From Patescibacteria group bacterium (GTDB taxonomy: Bacteria; Patescibacteriota; Dojkabacteria; GCA-002793355), in NCBI GenBank assembly GCA_016860985.1, contig BOKM01000001.1, positions 463,462 through 527,461 on the forward strand: DNA of 64,000 bases, written 5' to 3'. The first letter of the stretch is position 1. Every line of letters begins with the position of its first letter. The notes under the pieces are model-generated. The model did no database searches. It was given only the letters and a program-made list of their open reading frames with translations, and had not been told where the DNA came from. This document shows, in pieces, positions 29,073 through 38,066 of the stretch. A program made the translations under genes and the position numbers.

Positions 29073-30425
29073 ATGTCAAACTTATCAGTAGACGAGCGAA
29101 TTGCTCTCATAAAATCCATCACCGAAAATGGTGGAGAGTTCATCGGCGAAGATGAACTAGAAAAGGTCCTTACCTCTGGAGAGCAACTCTATACGTACGA
29201 TGGGTTCGAACCCTCTGGCCAAATGCATATTGCACAAGGAATTATCCGCGCAATTAACGTTAATAAGATGATTGACGCTGGCTTCACTTTTAGAATGTGG
29301 GTAGCTGACTGGTTCGGTTATTTGAATAACAAAATGGGCGGCGATTTAGAGAAAATAAAAACTGTTGGTCGCTATTTTGTTGAGATTTGGAAAGCAAGCG
29401 GCATGAATCTTGATAAAACAGAATTCCTTTGGACCTCAGATTTTGTTGGCCAGCGATGGTACTGGGAATTGGTTATGAAGATAGCCAAGGCAGTTACCCT
29501 CAAACGTGCGCTTAGAACAACTGCAATTATGGGGCGGACCGAAAGTGACGATCTTTCCGCTGGTCAAATCTTTTATCCGTGCATGCAAATTGCTGACATA
29601 TTCGGTGTTATGAATGCGCAAGTTACACAACTTGGGCTTGATCAGCAAAAAGTAAACGTTCTTGCTCGAGAAATAGGAGAAGAATTAGGTTACTGGAAAC
29701 CCGTAATTGTGAGCCATGGTATGTTGCAAGGATTGCAAAAGCCAGAAGACAAAAAACGAACAGTTATCTCAACCAACAATTTTATGGCTCAAGAACTGAT
29801 TTACAAAGGGAGTAAAGCTTCTATTGTAGTTCAAGGAAGAGAAGAAAACTGCATAACCCTCAGTTTTGTTAATACAAAACAAGACGTACTACGAACCGAA
29901 GATGTGTCCACAGAAAAAAGTATAAAGTACTTCGATTTGCAGATTACATTACACACCAATGGCGAGCTCGAAATACTCGAGAATACTCCAGAAAGAATGA
30001 TATCCATGAAGATGAGTAAATCAAAACCAGACACCGCCATCTTTATGACCGACACCTCAGAAGAAGTTCAGCGCAAAATTATGAAGGCATACTGTCCAGA
30101 AGGAATAATCGACGACAATCCCGTACTTGATTATTGCAAACAAATCATTTTTAACGCTCACTATCTAAAACGCGAAAATCCACTTCTGAAAGACGGGGTG
30201 TTCGAGATTAAGCGAAAACCAGAGTTCGGTGGAGATATCACCTTTGCATCGTATCAGGTACTTGAAAAAGCATATGCAGATAAACAAGTGTACCCACTTG
30301 ATCTAAAGAATACCGTTATTGAGTACTTGAATGCATTATTGCAACCAGTACGAGATCATTTTGAAAACAATGCCGAGGCAAAAGCACTTCTTGAACAGGT
30401 GCGTAGCTTTCAAGTATCACGCTAA
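29073..30425 (+). CDS. tyrS: tyrosyl-tRNA synthetase, archaeal/eukaryal type, with an insertion of about 85 aa before KMSKS
   Basis: GFEPSGQMHIAQG (HIGH-like) and KMSKS motifs. The C-terminal block KAYCPEGII..NP...IKRKPEFGGD...LDLKN aligns well with Methanocaldococcus TyrRS. Confidence 0.8.
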   Translation: MSNLSVDERIALIKSITENGGEFIGEDELEKVLTSGEQLYTYDGFEPSGQMHIAQGIIRAINVNKMIDAGFTFRMWVADWFGYLNNKMGGDLEKIKTVGRYFVEIWKASGMNLDKTEFLWTSDFVGQRWYWELVMKIAKAVTLKRALRTTAIMGRTESDDLSAGQIFYPCMQIADIFGVMNAQVTQLGLDQQKVNVLAREIGEELGYWKPVIVSHGMLQGLQKPEDKKRTVISTNNFMAQELIYKGSKASIVVQGREENCITLSFVNTKQDVLRTEDVSTEKSIKYFDLQITLHTNGELEILENTPERMISMKMSKSKPDTAIFMTDTSEEVQRKIMKAYCPEGIIDDNPVLDYCKQIIFNAHYLKRENPLLKDGVFEIKRKPEFGGDITFASYQVLEKAYADKQVYPLDLKNTVIEYLNALLQPVRDHFENNAEAKALLEQVRSFQVSR

Positions 30426-31180
30426 TCCTGTGGATAGATGCATTCGAGTATCGTTGCAAAAAGTACTTTGGTCATGGGACTGTGCAATAAGGGAAGTACG
30501 TCTTCTAACCTGCCATTTCCAACAATAGGGCCATTATCCTCGCATAATCGGGGGTAAAGTATTTCGCACCGTTGCATTGCTGCAACTTCATCTTGCGCCA
30601 CATCTTTTTGATCGTACGCGGAGAATAGCTCCATCACATTTGATGTGCGCAAAAGATTATTAAGTCCAACTGCGAATTTGTCTCCCTGCTTTGCTTTCTC
30701 ACGTACTTCCTGTTGCAACGACTGCTGAACGAACATCGCCCGCGAACTAACAGAATCTCTTAGAGCAATCATTAATAATTTACCTTTTTTTTCGTCTACA
30801 AATCTTTTTGGGTGTTCGGGTAGAAACAACTGCCCCGCAAGTTTGTCGATATAAGCCAGAGGAGCTCCCATTATTCGTAGCTCATCTTTTAGGTTGGAAT
30901 TCCATGATTTAGGCAATAACAAGACAATATCAAACAACACTCCTACTCGTCCTCGGGTTCTTAGGAGTTTATCTAGTTCATACTTAACTCCCCAACTCAA
31001 TTTCTTCTTTTGTGTTTCCTGGCTGAAAATTCTTTGAAAACTCGTTAAGGTAGGCACAGAATCCCATTTTGTAAGTACGCCCTTTGTATCCATTTCCGCC
31101 GCAATGGTTTGAATATCACTTAAGGCGCCACAATCCGAGGCATATCCTCTTGCGCGCTCGTCTCGGTAATAATGAAACAT
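30422..31180 (-). CDS. hypothetical protein
   Basis: ORF of 252 aa directly downstream of uvrB. No motif recognised. Confidence 0.35.
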   Translation of the reverse strand: MFHYYRDERARGYASDCGALSDIQTIAAEMDTKGVLTKWDSVPTLTSFQRIFSQETQKKKLSWGVKYELDKLLRTRGRVGVLFDIVLLLPKSWNSNLKDELRIMGAPLAYIDKLAGQLFLPEHPKRFVDEKKGKLLMIALRDSVSSRAMFVQQSLQQEVREKAKQGDKFAVGLNNLLRTSNVMELFSAYDQKDVAQDEVAAMQRCEILYPRLCEDNGPIVGNGRLEDVLPLLHSPMTKVLFATILECIYPQD

Positions 31181-31202
31181 TACACAATTATACTATAAGC
31201 CA

Positions 31203-33257
31203 CTAGCTTTTAAGATTTTTTATAAGTTCACGTAGTTCAATTGCTTTTTCAAAATTCAGGGACATCGCTTCTTTCTTCATCTCTTTTGTTAACCAATCAA
31301 TTGTGGATTTTTGCTCTTTTTTGGGCATAGTGCGGTACGAAGCAGTCATAATTTCGATATCTTTCCCAAGCATTGTATGGATCTTCTTCTCGCGTGCTAC
31401 ATCTGTTTCTTCTTCAATTTTTGGCAATATACGTTCTCTGATTGCTTTGTGGATAGATTGTGGAGTAATTCCCATCTTCTGGTTATACTCTAACTGTGCC
31501 TTTCGGCGTCTTTCTACTTCAAAGAGCGCTTCTTGCATACTGTGAGTTGTATGGTTCGCGTACAAAATGACTCGTCCTTCTACGTGCCTTGCTGCTCTCC
31601 CCATTGTTTGGATTAAACTTGTTCTGGAGCGCAAAAAACCTTCTTTATCCGCATCAAGAATTGCAACCAACGAAACTTCCGGCAAGTCCAAGCCTTCACG
31701 CAACAGGTTAATTCCTACCAAAACATCGTAATTACCTGCTCTTAGGTCAGAAAGAATATCAGTTCTGTCCATCGTATCGATATCAGAGTGCAAGTAGGTC
31801 ACCCTTACTCCACCTTCTTTTAGATACTCAGACAAGTCTTCTGCCATCCGTTTTGTCATTGTGGTAACCAGTACGCGTTCTTTTTTGGCAATTGTCGTTT
31901 TAATTTCAGTTACCAAATCCTGGATCTGATTTTCGGCAGGACGTACCTCAACAACCGGATCAACGATGCCTGTAGGTCTAATGAGTTGCTCTGCAACGTT
32001 CTCTTTTCCTGCTTTTTCCATTTCATATTCTTCCGGTGTTGCCGAGAGAAACACTGTATACCCCATTCGGTCTTCGAATTCAGGAAACCGCAAGGGTCTG
32101 TTCTCTTTTGCCGAAGGAAGGCGAAAGCCATAGTCTATAAGATTTTGCTTTCTTGCTTGGTCACCATTGTACATGCCTCTGATCTGAGGAACAGTCATAT
32201 GTGATTCATCAATAACCAGCAAGTAGTCTTTTGGAAAATAGTCCATTAGTGAATATGGCGGGTCACCAAGCTGTCGGCCATCAAAGTAATAGGAGTAGTT
32301 TTCAATGCCTTTGCAATATCCAATTTCGCGAATCATTTCTAAATCATATTGAACCTTTTGCTTTAATCGGTGAGCTTCTATCAATTTTCCTTGAGATTCG
32401 AACTCTTTAACTCGTTTTGCCGTATCTTGTTGTATCCTTTCTATTGCTTGCTGCTGAAGTGCCTCGTCCATTACATAGTGCTTCGCGGGGTACAAGACTA
32501 CTTTTTTAATCGCTTCGCCTTCTGTTTCTAGCAACATGTCGATATAGTACGAATAGTCTGTGATAACTGCTCCATCTATTGGGTTAAATAGCTCTAAAGA
32601 AGAAACCTCGTCACCCAAGTATGTGACTCGAACACCAATATCTGCATATGAAATGTAAATATCAACAGAATTACCCCTAATTCGAAAGGTTCCTCTTTTA
32701 AAGTCGATATCGTTTCGTTCATAATACAAGTTGACTAACTGTGCTTGCAGCTTTTGTGGACCATTTCCTTTTCCAACTTCAACCAGTGCCATCGCATTTT
32801 TATACGTTTTTGGTGAACCAAGGTTGTAAATTGCCGATACTGACGCGATAACAATTGCATCCTCTCTTGTCATTAATGCAGTAGTTGCAGCCAGTCGGAG
32901 TTTATCAATTTCTTCATTAATATCCGAGTCTTTTTCAATATACAAGTCACGCTGAGGAATATACGCCTCTGGTTGATAGTAGTCGTAGTAACTAACGAAG
33001 TAATGAACAGCATTTTTAGGAAAAAACTCTTTAAACTCTTGGTACAACTGCGCCGCGAGTGTCTTGTTGTGAGAAATAATCAGGGTCGGTTTTTGAACAC
33101 GCTGAATAAGATTTGCCACTGTAAAGGTTTTTCCGCTACCAGTCACTCCGAGTAATACTTGTGAATGTTGACCGTTACCGACTCCTGCAACTAGTTTTTC
33201 TATTGCCGTAGGCTGGTCACCCATCGGACTATATTGTGCAGAGAGTTGGAACTTCAT
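31203..33257 (-). CDS. uvrB: excinuclease ABC subunit B
   Basis: Helicase Walker A GVTGSGKTFT, the YVSYYDYYQPEAY beta-hairpin region, and a C-terminal UVR domain. Confidence 0.95.
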   Translation of the reverse strand: MKFQLSAQYSPMGDQPTAIEKLVAGVGNGQHSQVLLGVTGSGKTFTVANLIQRVQKPTLIISHNKTLAAQLYQEFKEFFPKNAVHYFVSYYDYYQPEAYIPQRDLYIEKDSDINEEIDKLRLAATTALMTREDAIVIASVSAIYNLGSPKTYKNAMALVEVGKGNGPQKLQAQLVNLYYERNDIDFKRGTFRIRGNSVDIYISYADIGVRVTYLGDEVSSLELFNPIDGAVITDYSYYIDMLLETEGEAIKKVVLYPAKHYVMDEALQQQAIERIQQDTAKRVKEFESQGKLIEAHRLKQKVQYDLEMIREIGYCKGIENYSYYFDGRQLGDPPYSLMDYFPKDYLLVIDESHMTVPQIRGMYNGDQARKQNLIDYGFRLPSAKENRPLRFPEFEDRMGYTVFLSATPEEYEMEKAGKENVAEQLIRPTGIVDPVVEVRPAENQIQDLVTEIKTTIAKKERVLVTTMTKRMAEDLSEYLKEGGVRVTYLHSDIDTMDRTDILSDLRAGNYDVLVGINLLREGLDLPEVSLVAILDADKEGFLRSRTSLIQTMGRAARHVEGRVILYANHTTHSMQEALFEVERRRKAQLEYNQKMGITPQSIHKAIRERILPKIEEETDVAREKKIHTMLGKDIEIMTASYRTMPKKEQKSTIDWLTKEMKKEAMSLNFEKAIELRELIKNLKS

Positions 33258-33288
33258 ACTGAATTATAGCGCAAAAGTGGGAATTTCC

Positions 33289-34050
33289 CTATTTTTTGCC
33301 CGTGTACTTTACTATCTTTCCTGTTCTCCACGCTTCTTCGAGATCCTTTGCACCAGTCATGCCACTACCTATATGTGCCATCTCTTGAGCTTCTCTGTAT
33401 CCTTGACGAGCTACGAGCCCAACTGCCAATCCACCTACAATACCCAATGGATTTAAACCAGTAGCCAACCCTCCGATGATTCCAGATAACATGACAAAGT
33501 CAGTGTCTGCACGCAATTTATCATGCTGAAATAGTGTTAATACCACCACACCAAACCTCTCCACTCCTGATTCAATCCGTTCCTTAATCGTTGGACGTGG
33601 CGCACTTTTCTGGATCCGACCTGTTTTTAGTGCTCTTGCGAGCATTGTAATTCCTGAAACATTAATATCTCTATCGTCTGGCCGAGTTATTTCGCGAACA
33701 GCGTTACCAACAAGAGGAGACACAAGAATCCCAAGCGCCGCCCCAGTTATTGGATTCGACGAAATAAGCCCAAGTGCCACTGCGGAAGCGAGATCTTCAT
33801 GAACATTCCGATTCGTAAGCATAGTCAAAAAAACGGCACCCGCTTTTTCTAATTGGTCAACAATGGCTTTTCCAACTTTGGTGGAGTCTAGTTTTTTAAC
33901 CAATGGGTCCGCAAGTTCCGTCACCTTTCTCTCAAAAGCACCCATTTTCGGCTGTTTCTTGACCGGACGAGCTGCATAATGCTCGACATATTGAAATGTC
34001 CTCCCGTTCGGTGCAACCCTAACTGGTTCTTTTGAAGGTTCAGTTGCCAT
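33289..34050 (-). CDS. hypothetical protein with Gly-rich hydrophobic segments
   Basis: GxxxG-rich hydrophobic stretches (GIIGGLATGLNPLGIVGGLAVGLVA). Family unknown. Confidence 0.35.
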   Translation of the reverse strand: MATEPSKEPVRVAPNGRTFQYVEHYAARPVKKQPKMGAFERKVTELADPLVKKLDSTKVGKAIVDQLEKAGAVFLTMLTNRNVHEDLASAVALGLISSNPITGAALGILVSPLVGNAVREITRPDDRDINVSGITMLARALKTGRIQKSAPRPTIKERIESGVERFGVVVLTLFQHDKLRADTDFVMLSGIIGGLATGLNPLGIVGGLAVGLVARQGYREAQEMAHIGSGMTGAKDLEEAWRTGKIVKYTGKK

Positions 34051-34055
34051 ATTTA

Positions 34056-34403
34056 CTATTCTTCTTTTAATGCAAGATAAATTTCATGTCCCTTTTTTAC
34101 TAACTCTTCTTCAAGTGCTTGGGCATAGGAAACCTGCTCTTCTGCAGTGAGTGTCTTGAACTTTTGTGCAAAGACCTCAGCTACTAAGGAAGTTTGTTTA
34201 TCAGTATCTTTTGTTTGTTCAAGAATCTTTTCAACTAGTTGATATTCCTGAGGTGTGTTAAAAAGCATTTTTTCTGCATAAACAAACAGATGCATAATCA
34301 AGCGCTTTGTAATTTCTTCATATTCTTCAGGAAGTAAATCAGGCAAAAGCTTTTCTAAGGCCTGTCGGATTACTTCTGCAGAAATAACAGAGGTAGTTTC
34401 CAT
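34056..34403 (-). CDS. small acidic hypothetical protein
   Basis: ORF of 115 aa, helical and acidic. Confidence 0.35.
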   Translation of the reverse strand: METTSVISAEVIRQALEKLLPDLLPEEYEEITKRLIMHLFVYAEKMLFNTPQEYQLVEKILEQTKDTDKQTSLVAEVFAQKFKTLTAEEQVSYAQALEEELVKKGHEIYLALKEE

Positions 34404-34438
34404 CTGTAATTATACACCTTTAAGAGACATCGTGTCGA

Positions 34439-35812
34439 TTACCCAGCCTTCTTTGGCCTTCGAGCAACATTTACATATCGCGCTCCAACAAAAGCGAATA
34501 CTCCAATAGCATACAGCGTACCCCCAATGTATAGCAGCACATCGTCAGCAAAACCGGTTTCACTTGGAGTGTGAGTAACAGAAGGAGTTCTTGTGCCAGT
34601 TGTTGTTGGAGGTACCGTAGTTGTTGGAGGAGGGGGGAAGTTGCATGTGTAACTAGTATTGGTACAATCGTCACTTGTGTACTGACACCCAGAAGGAAGT
34701 GGAACCCTTGTACACTGAGGAGTTATCGAAGGGGTTGTTGTTCCAGTACTTGAGACTGTTGGCGTTGAGGTTGGAGTTGGGGAACCGGTGTTTGTTGGTG
34801 TCGGTGTCCTCGATGTTGTCGGAGTAGGAGTTCTTGTTGCCGTTGGACTTGGAGTACGTGTCGCTGTTGGTGAGGGAGTTCGAGTTGCTGTCGGAGTAGG
34901 AGTTCTTGTTGCGGTGGGGGTAGGGGTAACAGTATTTGTTGTTGCATCACAGTAAAAACTGCCACTCGTGCCCTTAACAACTGCTCCAGGAGCACAACAA
35001 TCTTTGATAACATCTGTAGAGGAAGCATTCAAACATTTTCTCCCAATGGCGTTAGCAACCCACTCATTTCTACAATCAAGTCCCGTCCCAAAATTTGCAC
35101 AAGAGGTATTTGAGCAAGTGTTTTTTGGATGCGAACCATAATCATTGCAATACGCCTTTGTTGGGGTTGGGACTGGGGTTGTTGGACCAATGATCACACA
35201 TGCGGTTCCGGCGCTGTTAATCACCTGCCCTGAGGGGCAACAATCAAATATTTGATCATATGTCGACCTACTTACACATTTTACATTCGATGCTCCTGAT
35301 AAAGATTTCGATGCACAATAACGGCCACTTGGGCACGTTGCATTTGTACATGAATTTTTGGCGTGATTTCCATAGCTACTGCAATACCCAGAACTTGGTG
35401 TAGGGGTGGGGGTAGGAGTTCGAGTTGGTGTTGGCGTAGCAGTTGGTGTTGTACCGGGGCAAACTCCAGAAGCAGATGGTGCTCCGTTGCGACAGCAGTC
35501 GACTATCTGATCCTGTTCTCCTATTATTCTACATTTTGTTACATACCCAGTCCCACTCAATGCACGTGATGCACATTTGTTCCCAAGATTTCCCGTTCCA
35601 AGTGCTGTAGTACACGATGTGTTATTACATGTACCTGAAGAATATGTTCCATAATTATTACAAAAGCCCGCCGCTTCCGAACCTGGCTCCCACAATTTTC
35701 TTCCTGGATCGGAAAGTAAAAAACCTGTCACGCCCAATACAATTAACCCAGCGATTGCAAAAATGATAGTTGGCAACTGTTTCATCCGATTCTTGGAGGC
35801 AAGTTTTTTCAT
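34439..35812 (-). CDS. cysteine-rich repeat surface protein (three or four copies of a novel Cys-rich module of about 75 aa separated by Thr/Pro linkers, C-terminal transmembrane anchor)
   Basis: Repeated pattern CNNYG..S..C.N.SC....G....KC.......DCC..G found three times, plus a partial fourth. Also TPTPTATRTP linkers, an N-terminal signal sequence and a C-terminal hydrophobic anchor. Confidence 0.5.
   Translation of the reverse strand: MKKLASKNRMKQLPTIIFAIAGLIVLGVTGFLLSDPGRKLWEPGSEAAGFCNNYGTYSSGTCNNTSCTTALGTGNLGNKCASRALSGTGYVTKCRIIGEQDQIVDCCRNGAPSASGVCPGTTPTATPTPTRTPTPTPTPSSGYCSSYGNHAKNSCTNATCPSGRYCASKSLSGASNVKCVSRSTYDQIFDCCPSGQVINSAGTACVIIGPTTPVPTPTKAYCNDYGSHPKNTCSNTSCANFGTGLDCRNEWVANAIGRKCLNASSTDVIKDCCAPGAVVKGTSGSFYCDATTNTVTPTPTATRTPTPTATRTPSPTATRTPSPTATRTPTPTTSRTPTPTNTGSPTPTSTPTVSSTGTTTPSITPQCTRVPLPSGCQYTSDDCTNTSYTCNFPPPPTTTVPPTTTGTRTPSVTHTPSETGFADDVLLYIGGTLYAIGVFAFVGARYVNVARRPKKAG
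34790..34930. repeat. imperfect tandem nucleotide repeats encoding the TATRTP(S/T)P linker
   Basis: Recurring units such as tcggagtaggagttcttgttgc at roughly 34820 and 34891, and cgagttgctgtcgg-type units, seen directly in the sequence. Confidence 0.5.
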
Positions 35813-35849
35813 ATCTACATTCTATCCCAATCGTTTTAAGACGTCAAAA

Positions 35850-37025
35850 TCATGTGCCTACCAAAATCAACTCCTCCTCCGCTCTTGTGACGCCAGTATA
35901 TAACCAGCGCCTCCATTCGTCATCGCTCATTTTAGCGAAACGTTCTTCAAAGAGAACAACACGTTTTGCTTGGCTTCCTTGGGCTTTATGCACGGTAAGC
36001 GCATAACCATAATCAAAAAGATCAAATTGTCGAGTAATAGATCGGTCTTTCGTAAAATTCATCGCTGCTGGGGCGTGAAATTGAGCTGCTAATACGTCCC
36101 CTCGGAATGGGTAATCTTCTCCGTCTAGCCGAGCTTCGATAAAATAATTACCATCGTCTCGCATATCGACTGTTTCTACAGTACCCAACATCCCATTATA
36201 AATCTGAGCAGTGTGATTATTCCGTAAACAGATGACTCTATCGCGAGGCTTTGGAATATCAGTTTCATAACCCCGCTGTTTTCGAATATATTTATTCAAA
36301 TCGACGCGCGTTTTGTTGTAACCGCAAAGAAGCATTGTTTCTGCGTTATAACTTTCAAGAATGGTACCAATTTGCTCTCTAGCCTCTGGATCATACCTAT
36401 TCACCTTCTTGACGCGTTCTCCATATTTGCCGATTGGAATATTCCCTTCTGTTCGTGCCATAAGCGAAACCATAATAATTGGATTCCCTTCATTTTGCCT
36501 ATGAATCTTTTCAAGTTTAATTTGTGGTTCTTGCATTAAGTTGAAATTTCCACGAACTGGAGGAAGTTGCCCATGGTCTCCGACTGCCACGATAGGAATA
36601 CCGTAAGATTGAATATCAAACCAAATATTTTCATCGACCATAGAGGCCTCATCTATAACGATTAAGTCGGCCTTTATCTCCTTTCTCCTTTCCCATCCTA
36701 TAATTTCTTCTGTTTTTGTGTCAGTTACGGGTGAATACATTAGGGAATGGATTGTTCCGACAGAATCGATAATTTTCAGCGCATTATGAATTTTTAACCG
36801 TTGCTGCAAAACTCTAGCTGCTTTTCCGGTGTAACTACAAAAAGCAACTTTTGTTAAGTCAGAAAGTTTTGAGAGTTCTTTTCTAAATTCTGCTAGTACA
36901 GTTGTTTTTCCTGTTCCGGCATAACCACCTACCGTAATGTAAGGTGCCCTTTGAACAGAGGTATTCCAATCTAACAAAGCCTCAAGGACTTTTCTTTGAT
37001 CTTCGGATAACTGGAATTCTGCCAT
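35850..37025 (-). CDS. SF1 DNA helicase, RecD/Pif1-like (AAA_30 plus UvrD_C_2 type)
   Basis: Walker A GGYAGTGKTT, Walker B VIDEASMV and a C-terminal LTVHKAQGSQ motif. I used the first ATG; the ORF-track start is GTG. Confidence 0.7.
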   Translation of the reverse strand: MAEFQLSEDQRKVLEALLDWNTSVQRAPYITVGGYAGTGKTTVLAEFRKELSKLSDLTKVAFCSYTGKAARVLQQRLKIHNALKIIDSVGTIHSLMYSPVTDTKTEEIIGWERRKEIKADLIVIDEASMVDENIWFDIQSYGIPIVAVGDHGQLPPVRGNFNLMQEPQIKLEKIHRQNEGNPIIMVSLMARTEGNIPIGKYGERVKKVNRYDPEAREQIGTILESYNAETMLLCGYNKTRVDLNKYIRKQRGYETDIPKPRDRVICLRNNHTAQIYNGMLGTVETVDMRDDGNYFIEARLDGEDYPFRGDVLAAQFHAPAAMNFTKDRSITRQFDLFDYGYALTVHKAQGSQAKRVVLFEERFAKMSDDEWRRWLYTGVTRAEEELILVGT

Positions 37026-37097
37026 GTGCGAGTATAGCAAGGTCGTAAAGGTATTTGGTTTCACGGACTCTCACAATATAAGCTATAATTTGCCATC

Positions 37098-38060
37098 ATG
37101 TTAACAGTTGGTAACCTCCTCAAAAAAGCTAGAGAGCACTCAGGCAAGCACATTGAAGAGATTGCACAGATTATAAAAATCAAACCCGAGTATCTTAATA
37201 AGATTGAACAGAACGACTTTTCTTCGTTTAACTCGTCAACTTTTGTAAAAGGTTTCATCAGAAGTTACGCCGCCTTTCTTGGACTTGATGCAGAGAATAT
37301 CGTGGCACTGTTTCGCAGGCAAATTGGGGAAGAAGATGTTCCTTTAAAAGCAAAAAAAACGCTAATAAAGCAGCAAAGCATCGTTATTTCTCCGACTTCA
37401 ATTATGTCGGTTGCAATTATTTTATTCTTTGTTGCAGTATTTGGATTTTTAATCAGTCAATTCTATCGATTACAACAGCCACCAGTATTAAAAATAGTAC
37501 AGCCAAGCACAGAGATCACAACATCTGACTCACCAAACTTTGAAATTAAAGGTCTCACAGAAGAAAACACTATAGTTACGGTAAATGAAACGCAACTACA
37601 ACTTCGCGAAGATAATACTTTTTCACTCGCCGTAGAATTAAAAGAAGGTGACAATACGTTTACATTCAATGCGTGGAAGAAAAATATTGAAGGCAAGCAT
37701 GCGACGCAAATTGTTACCATTCTCTATAATCCAAGGGGTAATTCATCCCCATCAGTTACACCAACTGAAGGAGCATCGACAAGTAATAACAATGGACAGG
37801 ACCTTCAAGTAGAGTTTACGCTTAGTGACCAAGCTTGGATTCAAATCGTAAGCGACGATACACAAAAGGCTGTTGGCGTAAAAAACAAAGGATATGTTCT
37901 GAACTTTACCGCAAAAAAGATGATTGAAATAACGACAGGAAAGCCAGCAGTATCTGCAATCAAACTAAACGGAAAACCAACCTCCTGGAGACTAAAGAAT
38001 GGCGTTGGCTCGCTTGTTTGCGCGTACAGTACAGAAATCAACGACTGGAAGTGTAATTAA
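37098..38060 (+). CDS. rodZ: RodZ-like membrane protein (N-terminal XRE-type HTH, one transmembrane helix, C-terminal DUF4115-like domain)
   Basis: HTH (LLKKAREHSGKHIEEIAQIIKIKPEYLNKIEQ), FVKGFIRSYA motif typical of RodZ, and a transmembrane segment near 100 aa. Confidence 0.55.
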   Translation: MLTVGNLLKKAREHSGKHIEEIAQIIKIKPEYLNKIEQNDFSSFNSSTFVKGFIRSYAAFLGLDAENIVALFRRQIGEEDVPLKAKKTLIKQQSIVISPTSIMSVAIILFFVAVFGFLISQFYRLQQPPVLKIVQPSTEITTSDSPNFEIKGLTEENTIVTVNETQLQLREDNTFSLAVELKEGDNTFTFNAWKKNIEGKHATQIVTILYNPRGNSSPSVTPTEGASTSNNNGQDLQVEFTLSDQAWIQIVSDDTQKAVGVKNKGYVLNFTAKKMIEITTGKPAVSAIKLNGKPTSWRLKNGVGSLVCAYSTEINDWKCN

Positions 38061-38066
38061 CCAACG

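Noticed and set aside
34790-34930. Possible CRISPR array suggested by tandem repeats
   Set aside because: The repeats are coding Thr/Pro-linker repeats inside an ORF. They are imperfect, have no unique spacers and no nearby cas genes. Similar low-complexity repeats at 28650-28810 and 47200-47350 are linkers too.
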